Under the pieces are notes generated by a model that was given only the letters and a program-made list of their open reading frames with translations, did no database searches and was not told where the DNA came from. A stretch of DNA of 64,000 nucleotides from assembly GCF_009914755.1 (NCBI RefSeq), contig NC_060928.1, one strand, 5' to 3'. Positions 27,444 through 42,877 of this stretch are shown here, in pieces; position 1 is the first letter of the stretch, and every line of letters starts with the position of its first letter. A program made the translations under genes and the position numbers. The stretch comes from the human T2T-CHM13v2.0 reference genome, Homo sapiens.

Positions 27444-27720
27444 TTAATCTCTTTTCCCCTTCTTTCCTGTTCTAACAAACTTCCAGACACAAAACAGACA
27501 TTTTGTGATGATGAATATCACAGTTGCCACACAGGCCAGCAGGAACCCAGTCACATCCAAAGAGTGGTACTGGAACCAGGTGAGGTCGTGGGCTGCAACC
27601 CGAAGGTGCTTGGCTCCTTTATGGCGCATGACAAATTCAATCCAGAAGACTGCTCGATCAAGGGGCTTCACTGGTTGATCATGATGAATTCTTGATAATT
27701 TCATAGCATTCTCTTTATAT
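27444..27720 (-). CDS. UGT2B4: UGT2B4 exon 6 coding part (TM helix and dilysine ER-retrieval tail)
   Basis: TTTAG|ATATAAAG; 277 nt to TAA; ends ...TGKKGKRD*. Spliced CDS is 1587 nt = 528 aa. Confidence 0.97.
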
Positions 27721-27766
27721 CTAAACGATAAGCAGAAAAGTATCAACATTGAAAGTAAGTTAATTT

Positions 27767-28141
<375 letters not shown>

Positions 28142-29388
28142 TCATTCAAAGTAAATGTCATAGAATTGACATAGAATGTGTGTATTTTAATTTGAGTCAT
28201 CATAGAAAGTTTGGCTTTTAAATTGGAATTTCATAATTGACAAATATTTTTAAAGTAAAAATGGAGGGTCAGGTGAGAAAGTTAATTATTTGAGGCAGAG
28301 AACATATGAGCAATTTTATTTTCTTTTAATTTTTAGTTTTTGTGGTTACATAGTAGGGGTATTTTTCTATGAGGTGCATGAGATGTTTTGATACAGGCTG
28401 CAGTGTGAAATAATCACATCATGAAGAAAGGCTACCCATTGCTTAAGCATTTATCTTTGTGTTATGAAATATCCAGTTACACTCCTTTAGTTCTCCAGCA
28501 GGCGTATAAAATCATGGTCAGCATCATGAGCCGTTTTAAGTGGTAAAAGATATACACCTTAAAATACAATTTGAGAATTATCATCTTTAAGTTTCTAAAG
28601 AGGAATTGTGTCATGTGGGTGAAATGCCTCATAGCCACATGCTCTGCTTCTATTCTACTCTTTGTGTCCTACTGTTTCCCACGCAGTAGCCAGAATGATT
28701 ATTTTTGAAATAAAAGTCAGATTGTGATACTCCCCTGATTAAGACTTTTGCCTGACTTTTCATCATATCAAGAATAAAATCCAACTCTGTTATTTGGTCC
28801 TCAGGATCCTGCATTATCAGACACTGGCAAGCTCTTCTCCACTTTCCCATGCACACTAGGTCTTCTAGGGACATTGGCCTTATATTTTTCTTTAAGCTCC
28901 TGTCCTAGCATCTTACACATTGCGTCCCCTCTACCCACACTTGGAGTATTCTTTCTTGCAACAACTCAAGGCATGCTTCTATCTCTTTTTGAGGCAACCC
29001 TCTAAATGTTACCAATAAGAGAGGCTTTTCCTGGCCACACTATGATAGAACCCCTAGGATTTCCTCTACTTTTTGTGCTTATTTTGAACTTATTTGATTC
29101 CTATAATCTTAAAATACATTGTACGTCTTCTAAAATACACATTTAAGCATAAAACACATAACATAAGTGTACATACGCTAAGTGAAACAGCCCAATAAGG
29201 TAAGATCATCTTAAACATTATTTCGAAGTGAAGATACCACTATCTCTCAGATCATGATAGAGGGTATCAGAATCTTCTTAGAAGAACTCTCTTTTCCTGG
29301 ACCATTTTAGTCACTGCTTTTGTCCTCCAATTAAGTATTAACCTGACTTCAAAGGTCATACTTCAGCTTTACTTGCTTATGTAATTAA

Positions 29389-29676
<288 letters not shown>

Positions 29677-30559
29677 TCTTTTTTTTTTAATGTAGCAGTT
29701 GTTGGTTTAATTCTGTTGCTGTGTAGTATTTCATTGATTGAGAATACCACAGATTATCTTTTTAGTTTATAATCAATAGACATTTGAGTGCCAACAATTT
29801 CTGGACACTATTAATAATTCTGTCATAAACATTCTTGTATATAGCAATAGGCTTACAAATTTATACATATATTTTCCTAAATAATTGAGAGTGGAATTGT
29901 TGAAATAAAAGTGTGTGCATAATTATGATTTACTTTTTTACTTTAAAATATTCTAAAGTGTATTTAATATTCAAAATTTAAAGATTTTTTAGTTATCATT
30001 TTTATAATTTCTCACATTCACTATGGCTGGATCTTATACTCTTTATGATATTGAATCTTTTCATACATACTGAATCTTGATTTATGACCCTCCCCATGTA
30101 ACTTCAAATAACTATTACCTACTCAACATGCTCTAGAAAACTATGCCTTCCAGTTGATATATAGAATACATATGTATGAGTTATATATGTGTGTGTGTGT
30201 TATGTTACATTACAACATTACAATTGTTAATTGTGTTCTTCAGTTGTTTTATGTCCTTACTCATTATTTGGTCTTATTTTTCAGGTCAGTTTAGATTTAA
30301 TGGAAGTATCTGTATATTCACATTTAAATCTACTACCTTATTTTATATTTCTTTTCTATTTGTCTAACCTGTTTTATGTTTCTTTTCCAATTATTTCCTG
30401 TATTCTTTAAAGGTAGCTTTATCATTCATTATCCTTCTATTTTCTTTGTGATAAAGTACTTTTAAAGTATTCCTTTAGGTGAAGCCCCTTTTACATAAAA
30501 ACATTATTAATAGTAGTTATGAATGCTGAATTGATAGTAGCTGGGTTGGGCAAGGCATT

Positions 30560-31600
30560 TTGCGCATTGCTTTCTTTGGAGTATGAAAAAATCAATTATC
30601 AAAAATTTTACTCACTAAAAATAAAATTTGTGTGCTTCAAAGACCATCATCAAAAATGTAAAATGTTAGTGCACCAAGAACGAGACGAAATATTTATAAA
30701 TTATATATCTCATATGGGATTGTATCCATAATACATAAATAGTTCTTATATAAAACTCAATAATAAGACAAATATCAAAGTTTTAAAATGTTTCAAAGAT
30801 TAAAATAGACATTTTTCCAAAGAATGTATATGCATGGTCAGTAACCACATATAAAGAACATCAACATCTCTGGCCATAATCAAAATGCAATCCAAGGCTA
30901 CAATGAGAGGTCTTTTTACACCCACCAAGAATGGTATAACAAAAAGACAAATAATAACAGGTGTTGGCAACAATGTGGATGAACTGGAACCCTCCTGTAC
31001 TGCTGGTGGTAATGACAAATGGAACAAGCATTTGGAAAACAGTTTGGCAATTTTCATAAACACACAGTTCCTACAAGAGCCAGAAATTCCACGTCTAGTA
31101 TCTACCCAAAAGAAATGAAATCACGTTCATGCAAAAACATGTAGCAATGCTCCTAATAGCCACAACTGGAAACAATCAAAAGGTGAATGAGCTAATAAAG
31201 AGACAAATAAAATATGGCATACCCATATTATAAAATATATTGCTGCAAAAATAAATGAACTATTAATACACACAATATAAATAAAGCTAAAAACCATAAA
31301 AAAACAACAAAAACTGTACTTGGTAAAAGAAGTCATTTACACATCATAAATTATATGATTCAGTTTATATGAAATATGTAGAGAGAATAATCTATAGAGA
31401 AGGAAAGCAAATTGGTGTTAGCCTAGGGCTAAGGGGTCATGCAGAGTGACTTCTATACCATTATGGCTTCTTTTACGTTGATACAAATGTTCTAAAATTA
31501 TATGATGGTGATGGCTTCATGACTGTAAGCATACTAAATATATTTGGATTTTATACTTAAATAGGTCGGTTTTATGCTATGGAAATTAAATTTAATTATC
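30560..31600 (+). mobile_element. Old L1M 3' fragment in intron 5
   Basis: ORF2 C-terminal remnants in ORF 30885-31118 and 3' UTR motifs. Confidence 0.75.
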
Positions 31601-32012
31601 AAGTCTGTTACAATAATGATAATAAAAATAAATTTTTCAGTGAGAAAACAGATATACTTTGAGACATTTTAGATATTGAATTAAAATATTTTATTATATT
31701 ACGTCAAGTTTATCTTTCCTTTCTACTGTGGATTGATTACGTCAAATTTATTTTAAAATGTCTTCTTATCTATATCACTTTAAAATTATTTTTGTGTAGA
31801 AAATTATTTCAATAATTGATTATTCATTAAATGTATGTGGTTCAAATAAAATTTTTAAATAACCACTCAAAAATAAAAGCAGATTTCAGATTGTTTAAAT
31901 CACTTAAATTCTTTCGAAATCAGTCGCTTATAAAAAGGATAAAAGTCATACTCACTATTCACAAGGGAACCTATCTATAAAGACCACCGAGTAAAAAAAA
32001 AGTTATACTCAC

Positions 32013-32232
32013 AAAGGATCATTAATTACTGTCTTCAGTGCATTGAGTAAGTCTGTACTCGACATTGTGTGGAAGTCCAAACTAACAGCTGCTCCCTTGG
32101 CCTTCATGTGTGCAATGTTATCAGGTTGATCTGCAAACAATGGAACGCCCACCATAGGGATTCCATGGTAGATTGCCTCATAGATGCCATTGGCTCCACC
32201 ATGAGTTATAAAAGCTCTGGTTTTTGGGTGAC
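32013..32232 (-). CDS. UGT2B4: UGT2B4 exon 5 (UDP-sugar-binding signature)
   Basis: TAG|GTCACC...CCTTT|GTGAGT; 220 nt; [36 protein letters not shown]. Confidence 0.97.
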
Positions 32233-32551
32233 CTAGGATTGGATGAATTTTAGCAAAATTATTCATAGGAATAAAATGAGAAATGCACAATGGAAGAATC
32301 TGAATGTGACGGTGTTTCCTAGATAACACACTGAACTGAATTAAAATTGTTTTTGAGACTTCAGAGGAAGGAACGCCTACTTCTGCTGGAGATGTAAGTG
32401 AAGGCTATGTGGTGTGTTTAACTTCAGACTGAAAAAATTAATACAAGATTACCAGTTGAACTAACAAAAAGGTGCAATTTAGATAAGGAAACATCATGTG
32501 CAGAAAAGAAAAAAAGCACAGAAAAGGGATGGACATGAAAGAATGTGTTCT

Positions 32552-32865
<314 letters not shown>

Positions 32866-33413
32866 AGAATGTGTTCTCTTAAGTACAGTCACGGAGTGTG
32901 ATATGTAGGGTGTGCAAGGCAGCAGGCAGTGAGGTGGTGGTGGTGCTAGAATTGAGGAAAGACAGGTCACATTTCATTATGAAATGTGTCATCACTTTTT
33001 GATTAAGATTAGGGATTTAATCCTACAGAAAATGCAGCATCCCTGGTGATAGCAGAAGAGCTGTTACTTTTAGTGACATTTGAAATAACCCTACAGAGGA
33101 GGAAAGAACAGGTGTAAAGTTGTAGAAATATGAGAAAGGAAGACAACCCAGGAAGTGCCAGAAAAATTCTGTGGGAGGTAATAACACCTGAAATAAAGAT
33201 ACTCTGACTCTGATTGTAAAGAATGTGGGTGCATATCATAAAATGCCAACAATTTATTCTTTTCCCCCGGGACTGGAAAATAAATATAAAGAAGTTTCAT
33301 TTTATTTTTAAGTTTTTCCATAACAAATGTTCAGTAAGCTTGTTTCATGATAGCTATTAACACTTTAATAATCTGTTACTAATATATTCAGTATTTGTTC
33401 TTCAGAGACTTAC

Positions 33414-33501
33414 CAAGAAGATCATTCTGGGGTATCCACTTGTACAGCCGAGTATTGAGTCCTAAAGTATCTGGTTTATTCCCATCAAATCTCCACAGAA
33501 C
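33414..33501 (-). CDS. UGT2B4: UGT2B4 exon 4
   Basis: CAG|GTTCTG...CTTG|GTAAGT; 88 nt; [29 protein letters not shown], the start of the UGT signature. Confidence 0.97.
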
Positions 33502-33756
33502 CTGTTACAGTGAAGAAAATATCTTATTCCATGAGTGGAACTCAAAAGTCATAGAATGTTAGAAATCTAAAGAGATTAACAATGAGAAGAACAAGGGATG
33601 TTAAGTAACAAGAACTACTCAGACTGATGTAAATAGAATACTCATATTTCATTTCCTTAATTTCATAATTAGGTATATAAGGAAATCATGATTTTTCAAA
33701 ATAGTAGCTTAGACAAATAAGATAATCAATGAAAAGTTCAAGTATTTAAAAAGTTG

Positions 33757-34560
33757 TTACACTTTTCAAAAGAAAACTATATGTGGCAAACCACTATATG
33801 AAAAAAAGGTTTACATCACTGGTTAAATCCACAAAGAGATACCATCTCACACCAGTCAGAATGGCCATTATTAAAAACTCAAAAAATAACAGATGCTTGT
33901 GATGTTGTATAGAAAAAGAAATGCTTATACTCTGTTGAAGGGACTGTAAGTTCAACCATTGTGGAAGACAGCATGGCGATTCCTCAAAATCCTAGAGGCA
34001 GAAATACCATTCAACCCAGCAATCCCATTACTGGGTATGTATCTAAAGGACTGCAAATTAGAACATGCACATGTATGTTTACTACAGACAAATATACATT
34101 TTACTCTATATAAAACTATTCACCATAGCAAAGACATGAAATCAATCTAAATGCCCATCAATGATGGATTCAATAAAGAAAATGTGGTACATGTTCACCA
34201 TGAAATATTATGTAGCCATAAAAAAGAACAAGATCATGTATTTTTCAGGAACATAAGTGAGCTGCAGTCCATTATCCCTAGCAAACAAACACAGGAACAG
34301 AAATCCAAATACCACATGCCCTCACTTATAAGTGGAAGCTAAAACATGAGAACACATGAACATATAGAGAGGAATAACATACACTGGGGCTTATTGGAGG
34401 GTGGGGGTTGGGAGGAGAGAAAGGATCAGGAAAAATAACTAAAAGGTACTAGTCTTACTACCTGTAAGATGAAACAGTCCATACAACAAACCCCAAGACA
34501 TAAGTTTACCTGTGTAACAAACCTCCACATTTACCCTTGAAATTAAAAGTTAAAAAATAA
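33757..34560 (+). mobile_element. L1PA 3' end in intron 3
   Basis: WKTAWRFLK...IPFNPAIPLLG ORF2 C-terminus, 3' UTR and A-tail. Absent from the pseudogene intron. Confidence 0.9.
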
Positions 34561-36243
34561 AACTTAATTTTAAAAAGATAAAAAATTTTAATAATTATAT
34601 GCATTAAAAATTTTAGGTAGTCATAATTCTAGTGTGAAAAAGCAACAACAATTTACTAATGACCTATATGCTTTTTTAATGTATTTTATGAGTTTTCATC
34701 TACCAAATTTAATATTAATTTATTCATTTTTTTGAGTAATATGGGAAGTAGTTCACTTATATCTACTTATCTATAAGTCATTTTAACAGAGTTTGATGTC
34801 CTTTGATTGACAAAAATGCAAGTCTATAAAATAAGCTACTTGGAAGAAGTCAATTAATGCTGCAAAGGTAGCATGTATAACTTCTTGGAAATTACAAATT
34901 ATCAAGAACTACTTCCAAGAAAAATTTCAAGTGACAATTTTTGACACAAATTCAGAGTATTCTCAGTATTGCTAATTTTGGATATTTTGTCAATGTAGAA
35001 ATAAGGAACCTGTTGGTACCATAAATAAAAATACAACTCTTGAATAAATTCAAAATTGCATTTTGCTGAATTTTGGTCAATTGATTGTTAACACTTAGAA
35101 AATGTGCTACAAAATTTTGACAACAGTGATTCGTATGTTTTGCTATAGCTGAGACATTTTTATGTTTAAGTTACTAATTTTGGAACCCCCAAGGAATCCT
35201 TATAAATTAAAAAAAAATAATTTACGGTGTTTAAGTTCTATTTGTTACATCAGTGTTAAAGTAACTTTGAGTTTTTGGCAAAATATTAGCATAGGTCATT
35301 ACAAGAAGGATATGTCAGGCAGGGAACTAAAAAGTAATTGACAAATACACATTTTATTCTATATAAAAGAAAATATGTTCCTACTATGTTCTATGGAGGG
35401 GGCATCTGAACCTGTTCCCCTGCCTGGCTTCCTTCTGCTTGAGTCCTTTCTATATTTCCTTCTGCTGCCTCCATTGGGAGGAGTTGTTAATCTCATAGTG
35501 CAGCGTCCTTGTGGGGCCACATTTTATACTACACAGGGTCCACCCTCAGAGCAGGATCCATCTCCACCCTTTCTCTTTCATCTGCCTACTTCAGACATTG
35601 GCTGGGTCCAGTCCAGCAAAGCAGGCTGCTTTTTCTCTTTCTCCAAATCTGCCTAGCTCTGCGGATCCTTACACTAGTTGTCTGACAGCCTAGGCCTTCC
35701 TTTCTCTGAATAGTACCCTGAATATCACTTGAATAGGCCTATTCCAAAATGTACAGGAAGTACACGAGGCTGGGTAACATGGCAACACTAAACTGCATGA
35801 TGCATGTCAGCCTTTTTGAAATACCTGCTATTGTTATTGTGCTAGTGAAGTTACTCATTAAAATGTAACGTTTTCTAACACCTGTAGGATGTACATCGCC
35901 CTCAGGAGTTCTTAAACAAAAGGATCAAATCACAGGGGCAGAATTTGGTGATAGCTCTTACCTGACCCCAGTATCATGATAATACCAAAACTTTACCTGC
36001 AACTCTTAATTGTATTTATTCCTGATCACAATATTAATGCCAAATTAATTACCAATGAAAAACACCTTCTGTATGAGTTTATCATCTTCCATACATATTT
36101 TTGATTTTGAATTAATATCTGAGATAATTAGTGCTTTCCCAACAGCTGAATATATAGGCAGGAAGTTTCTACAATTGGGTTCTTTACAAACTTTAACAGC
36201 CTCTTTCAGTAGTTTTTTACACCATTAAAACATTTTATCTTAC

Positions 36244-36375
36244 CTTTTGTGGGATCTTGGCAAGGGCTGATGCAATTACATTGGCCCTTTCTTCTGACGT
36301 GTTACTGACCATCGACCCCAGAGAAAACACCACAACACCATTTTCTCCAGAGCTCTGGACAAACTCTTCCATTTC
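36244..36375 (-). CDS. UGT2B4: UGT2B4 exon 3
   Basis: CAG|GAAATG...AAG|GTAAGA; 132 nt; [44 protein letters not shown]. Confidence 0.97.
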
Positions 36376-39300
36376 CTGTGAAAAAAAAGAATTTGTTCTA
36401 TCATAATAGATTATCAGCACAGCAAGCACTGTGAAAGAATTGTTATAAAAAGAGAGAAAATCAAGTTTTATCAGGAATTATTGGAGTAAAGGATGTTTTT
36501 TAACTGACTCAATTACTCAGTTTTTTTTGCAATATGTATAATATGAGATAGGTTGCCTCTGTTAAGGGTCTTTGTGTAAATATGTGTGTGTGTATGTGTG
36601 TGCGTTTGTGAAAGGGAGAAATGAAATAGAGTTATTACACAGTATTTGAGGAGATACCCAAACTCTTCACTTATCATATTATAAGTACTAATATAGGTTC
36701 TTTAAAGTGGCACCAGTTGGCTTTAATGCTATATTGTTGCTCGCTAAATCACATATGCTTATTTTAGGCAGGTTTTCTACAGAATTATTTTAGTTTGAAG
36801 TCATTAGTGGTTGACTTCCCTGACTCTGAGCACTGAGGAAAAGTTACTCACAGCTGGGATTACGTAAACCTACATTTATCTTATTCTATAATCCTTTACA
36901 CTTCACTTAAAGTTTGTCAGAGTTTTCCAGTCTTTTTTCAAAAGAGAAAAAAAAGTAGCTGTAAAAGGTGGTGGTTAAGAATCACTGACATTATGGAGTC
37001 TGCTGTTGTGGTTTGGAATTTCTATAAATTTCTATAAATAATTCTGTATTCTCATTTGTAATACAGAATCGTACAGTATGTAGTTACATAGTCGAATGAT
37101 TATATTTTTCAGGTGATTGTTTAAGTGGAACAATTTTTCCCTGAAATCACACTGTTAAATTGATGTGCTATTTATAACTGCATGTGAGGAATTCTCATCA
37201 TCATTTTGCTGTGTCTCAGAGGCAGCAGCACTTGCACCAGAATGCGAGAGACTGCCAGAACTTTCTGCAGAGATTTGGTCAACCTCTTGAGTAGATCACC
37301 CACACTACATAAAAATCTTAGTGAAGATGTACTTGGCTGGAATTTACTGGGAATCATTCTGACCTGTGTTCCCCAATGTACGCCAATTTTGAAATTTAAA
37401 TACTTTCAGATTTAATCATTGGGGTAAAACTTTTTCTTAAGTGTTCTCTACAAAACAAAGAAAAAAGATTCCAAATGTTTATTTGCAGACCACATATGGC
37501 TAAGCATTTTTTAAAATATGATTTTTAATCTTAAGACATCAGTGTTAATGATGTTAGAGTCATTGTTCTGCTATTCAAGGTAATACATAGGATATCCAGG
37601 TATTGTGCGTAATTGCAGTTACCTGTAGCCACATTTGATGTAACTTACGTTCAGTGTTTTGTTTCAGTGGCTTGATGTCCAGAGCCGCCTTCATCCACCC
37701 AGTGTTAAAGTAATATAATCCCTAAAGGGGATTCATTATTGATGTGGACTGGTTGTTTCCCATTCTGTGACAACTTTAAAATAATAATACACTATGTATG
37801 TAAGGTATTTTATAGAAGTAGTGCAAGTTCTAAAAAGAAAATAATTTTTTTTCTAAAATTTTTGTCGAGAGATGTCACCTTGTAAACTACATATGTTTTC
37901 ATCATGGCTTTTGTTCTATCTTTATAGTTCAATGTACACTTGTGACGTTTATTTAGACAATTTTATTCTGATTGTATATACCTTTTCCTCCTACAAAAAA
38001 CGTGTCAGCCTGTAATATTTATAATTTTCTACCTCACTTTACTTGTATTATAGCTGACTGTAACTGAATATTTTATTGATAAAATTATTGTAATGCTATA
38101 GTATGCATCTAGTATATGTTTTTAATTATTCCTTAATTTCAGATGTTTGATTACTTTTGATGTTTATTTTATGAATATTTTCCATAAATATTAAATATGT
38201 ACATCTTGATTTATTTTTTCTCTGTATGATTTCATGTGAATATATTATAAAACCAATGGCTATATGCATTTTTAATACTTAATACATTTGCCAAGTGTCC
38301 TTTTCTCTTAAAGTATGCATAAATTATCTGAGAATCTAATATTTAATTGAATAGAAAGCAAATTGGGTTTGCAGTTATTTTACATGATAAACAATTAGAG
38401 AATGGCTTTCACAACCATTGACTTGCATTCAAAGCTTTCTACAAGTTAGTAACAACAGCTAGTATTAGTAATTATCACATGTACTACGACTCAATCTTTT
38501 TCTTATCCTTCCACACCTCGTACTCTCTTCTCCCTCTTACTGGCACTGTCAGTTTCCCTTAATGTGAGTGGGGAAATCTTTCAAGAGTAGGATAGGGTGG
38601 GACAGAATTTTCATTAGTCTTATCTCAGCTTTTGTCTCTTTAGAAAGTTACCATATAAAGCCCATACAATTTGCATTCAACATAGATATTGGATTTTAAC
38701 CATGGAATAAAATATCAGTTTCATGTTGCTGTTAATAAGGAGGTAGGCAAAAATTATCTCTTAAGAGATTACATAATGTAATAAAAATGCTTACTTTCTA
38801 CCTATTTCTTAGAAGGGTGATATCAATTTAAAATATATTACATTCTTATATTCCTCCATAAAGAATATAATGTTATATGATGACAGAATTCTTTTATTAT
38901 TGTAAACTGAGGGCACGATTCAGATACGAGTGGTAGAAATTATTTGGTCTTTATTATACATGCGTTGTTCATTTTTTCTGTGCTTCTCTCTCAGGCACTT
39001 ATGATGTTGAGACACAAGCTATCCCAGGAAGCTTTACTGGGTTGCTTGTCTTAAGGCAGAAAACACCTGCTCTAATAGGGTATGTTTATGCTAAGATGTA
39101 AACCTCTGGGATCTCAACGCAGAATGATTTAAATGCTTTAGTAAAATCAAGTGAACACTGGGTCTGGCTGCAAATACTAATAGAATCACACATTTATATC
39201 GGTAAGGGATTATTTTCTTATAAGTTAGAATACTGATGAAGATCCTTGTCACTTGTGGTAGAATTTTACAATTTCATTTTGCTCATCTTACTGTCAAAAC

Positions 39301-40497
39301 TGATATGTCTTATTTTAAACAAGTCTACAGGGTATCTGTCATATAGAAGACCATAGGACTTTGTTAGAGAATATAATCTTGAAATGCTGAATAATTAGTT
39401 TCTATTAAATGAGGAATAATATCTCAAGTGACTTACACATGTTAAGTAATTCATAGTATTAGTAATAACAAAAATAACCATAATTGCAAAATAATATTTC
39501 TGAATCACTAACTATATGCCAGAGACATTTTAAGTGGTTTATTTGTATTAACTTTTTTCCACACAACACAATATGAAGTTAGTCATATTACTGTAAAAGT
39601 AGGCATAGGTAATTCTATCCACTTTCTAGTCCATTTTTCCATCATCTGCTACCTGAATTCATACAAAATTTCCTCAATGGTCAGCTCTTTCTAGTTTGGC
39701 CCTTCCACAATTTAATCCATCGAACATCTTGGAATCTTTTTTTAAAAAGTATAATCTTATCCCATATTTTCTTTTCTTAACTCTTTTTAGTAGTCCCTAA
39801 ATGTGCTTAATAAATATTTCAACTCCTGAGGAGTATCTGGCTCTTATCTTGCCTATCAGCATCATCTGATTCTTACTCAGTATCTTCCTTGCAAACTAAA
39901 CTTTGAGTCTTGAGAACTGTCCTGAACACTTTACCTGCTTTTCTTTTTGTGTTTTTTTCTCTTCTTCATTCTTTTACCTATTCCTGCATATAGTTCAGCT
40001 CTCATCTAAATTATTAATATCAGTGACTCCAGGATACTCTCTATTATCTACACTGGATGCTTCCTTAGCATTGGTTTTTCTCTGGAGATAACAGTTTTTA
40101 CACAGTTTTTATTACTTGCATATATTCTATCTTTCAAAATAGAATGTAAGGTGTGTTGGGATAGAAACTGTGTCCCATACACGTACCTGTGGTGTGTGCT
40201 AATCTCTTTATAAATATTCTTTGAATGAATGGCCAGTACCTTCTTATATGTTGCATAATCAAAGCTTTAATTTACCAACCCTATTTTCAAAGTCTCTTTA
40301 GTATCCCTCTTTATTGGTAATAATGATGAAATTCATAAACTTGTGATAGTATCAACATGTACGTCAGTTTCTAATTGGTATCTGCTTTACTCTTCCCACT
40401 TCCACCTTTCTTCCAGTGTAAGTCAAACACTTTGAATGAATATAGAACCATTCGTACTGAAACTTCAAAGCAGACAAAACAAACAGTAATAGTTTAC

Positions 40498-40646
40498 CTT
40501 CGGTAGGGGTTTGGCAGGTTTGCAGTGGAGTCCTCCAACGAACTCAACATTTGGTAAGAGTGGGTGAGGAAATTGAAAATCCCAGTAGTTTCGAATAAGC
40601 CATATGTCAGCTTTTGCCATTGTCTCAGATAACGTAGTGGGTCTTC
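40498..40646 (-). CDS. UGT2B4: UGT2B4 exon 2
   Basis: CAG|GAAGACCC...AAG|GTAAAC; 149 nt; [50 protein letters not shown]. Confidence 0.97.
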
Positions 40647-41945
40647 CTGATGGGGGAAAAAAAAAGAAAAGATAGATGACACAAGATAATTAAACTAGGT
40701 AATTTTCTGAAAGAAGTTAGAATAATGTGGGCAAAAATGTAGGCAAAGTGTTTGTGCCTTGAAAAAAAATACATATATTCGTATATAGGCATAATTTAAT
40801 TTTTATGTATTATATATTTTACCCATGTGTATTTACAAGAAAGGCAAAGTGGTGAGAGAATCATGAGGGAAAACTGCATCCCTCATGTCACATCAGTATA
40901 TTCACAATCACAAACAAGCCATAGAGAATTAATCTCCATTTCTTTATTTTGTAAACCTTCGATAGTAGCAGATATACGTATAAACCACTCTTTGAGCTCC
41001 GTGATCAATTAATTCTACCATACCCATAAAAACAATTTTCTAACAAATAGTCTAATTTCCCATTCATTAATCTAATCTTTTATCTTTGGTTCTTCAGGTT
41101 AACTGTTGATTATTTTGAAATGATGGCTGAAATCCTTGTACCTACTACTGCTTTTGAGTCATGCTAACCTCATAATAATATTAGTTTTTAGGTAAATATG
41201 TTTGCAAATTACAGCTAGAAAATTTTGAGAACTTGTTGAAACAGAAATTTGCATTCAACCTTAATTTGGCTCATATTTTTAAATAAAGATACATAGTTTC
41301 AAAAAAAAACTATACAGTTGTAACTTAATGTTCACACTTTGACAAGATGATTAGCCTTAAAATAAATGGTTTCCAATCCTTTAGTGAAGGAATAGAAACA
41401 CTGGAAACTTCAAATAACATGCATTGGTTTTTGATTCTGAAATGGAGACATCATTTCTCTCAACTGTGGAGGAAACGTTCTAGTAACATGGGTACATATT
41501 GCAATTACTAAATAATAAGACTGAAATATACAAGAAAAAACAATTTCTGCAATGTTATATAGATAGTTCTAAAAAATGTGTAACTACTCAATCTACCAGT
41601 ATGCATTCAGCAAGATGTTTCTGAATAAGTCTGACTTTTTTTTAAGATGAAAAAATGTATAATAAAACAGATATGTGATTGCTTAAAGAAATCTTAGGTG
41701 CACTAATATACAGGCTTATGACTTCCTGGAGTCTTCTGTATGAGTGATGGCCACAGAGTTTTAACTGATCCTATAATTTACATTTTCTATAGTGCTTGTG
41801 AGTTTGGTAGATCATCTTACAATTTCATTTGATAAATTCATTACAAAAATACCCCACTACCCTGACTTTATGGCTTTATACAAACTCAGCTTCAAAGGTA
41901 CAAGAAAGTTAGATCTTCATGTTACCAATCAAAAAAGTTACTTAC

Positions 41946-42666
41946 CTAGAACTTCACTGTAGAACTGATCCCACTTCTTCATGTCAAATATTTGGAACCA
42001 AAATTCAAAATAAAGCACATAGATCATATTTTTTACCCTCTCTATGAAAGTCATTTGGTCACTTAGTTCTGACATAACAACAGGCACATAGGAAGGAGGG
42101 AACAGAAGTCCTCCACTATGCTTTTCAATTGCGTAGCCAGGAGAGAAGCGGAGGCTGTAGACAAAGGGTATTTTAAGTAACTCGGCCAGCAGCTCACCAA
42201 AGGGGAAAACAGCATCTGCAAGAACAACATCAAATCTTGACTCCTGTAGTTTCTTCATAAGTTTCTTATTTGAAACTATATCCTTACAGAACTTTCTAAG
42301 TATGTCATTAAATGTCCACATGATTTCTTGTACTTGTGAAAAATATGACCAAAATGTGTCTTTTGGAAGTTCTGCCCATCTCTTAACCAGCTGCTTGATA
42401 ATATCCTCAAACTCAGTTTTAGTTAAAGATACAGGATAAACTTCAAATTTAAGAGTAGATGGGCTGTTGGGATCGAAAGAAATGGAAGCTGAAGATGCCA
42501 ATACAGTCACCTCATGACCTCTCTGGACAAGTTCATCCAGGATTGTCTTTATATTCATCCAGTGGCTGAATTCTGTGGGCCACACCAGCACCTTTCCACA
42601 ACTCCCAGAGCTAAAGTAACAGCTCAGCTGTATCAGCAGAAGAGCTGAAGTCCATTTCATAGACAT
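41946..42666 (-). CDS. UGT2B4: UGT2B4 exon 1 (signal peptide and aglycone-binding domain)
   Basis: ATG at 42664-42666 begins [36 protein letters not shown] (catalytic His35). Donor CTAG|GTAAG; 721 nt. Confidence 0.98.
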
Positions 42667-42751
42667 CCTGATGCAATGCAATGCTTGTTTTCCAGTTGCT
42701 GCTCCTTTCTGTCATTTCTCATGGTGACATCCAGTATAAATCAGTCAAGAA

Positions 42752-42764
42752 GTTAAAATGTAAC
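42752..42764. promoter_or_regulatory. Proximal HNF1-like site of the UGT2B4 promoter
   Basis: GTTAAAATGTAAC versus consensus GTTAATNATTAAC, about 90 bp upstream of the ATG. Proximal HNF1 sites are typical of UGT2B promoters. Confidence 0.75.
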
Positions 42765-42776
42765 TTTTACACTTCA

Positions 42777-42852
42777 AAGTAAATACATTATATTAACAGT
42801 CTGAGCATGTGGATGACAAAGAGACAAATAAAAGGTAGATGACCTGTTTACA
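42777..42852. promoter_or_regulatory. Forkhead (FOXA)-like motifs and a nuclear-receptor half site
   Basis: TATTTAC (minus strand, ~42779-42785), TGTTTACA at 42845-42852, and TGACCT at 42840-42845. Motif match only. Confidence 0.45.
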
Positions 42853-42877
42853 CAAGTGCGTTTAATGTTCTTTTTGG

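Noticed and set aside
42667-42730. N-terminal extension (MHCIR) and upstream ATGs of UGT2B4
   Set aside because: The extension starts at TTG. The ATGs at 42715, 42722 and 42730 are out of frame and probably at or upstream of the TSS.
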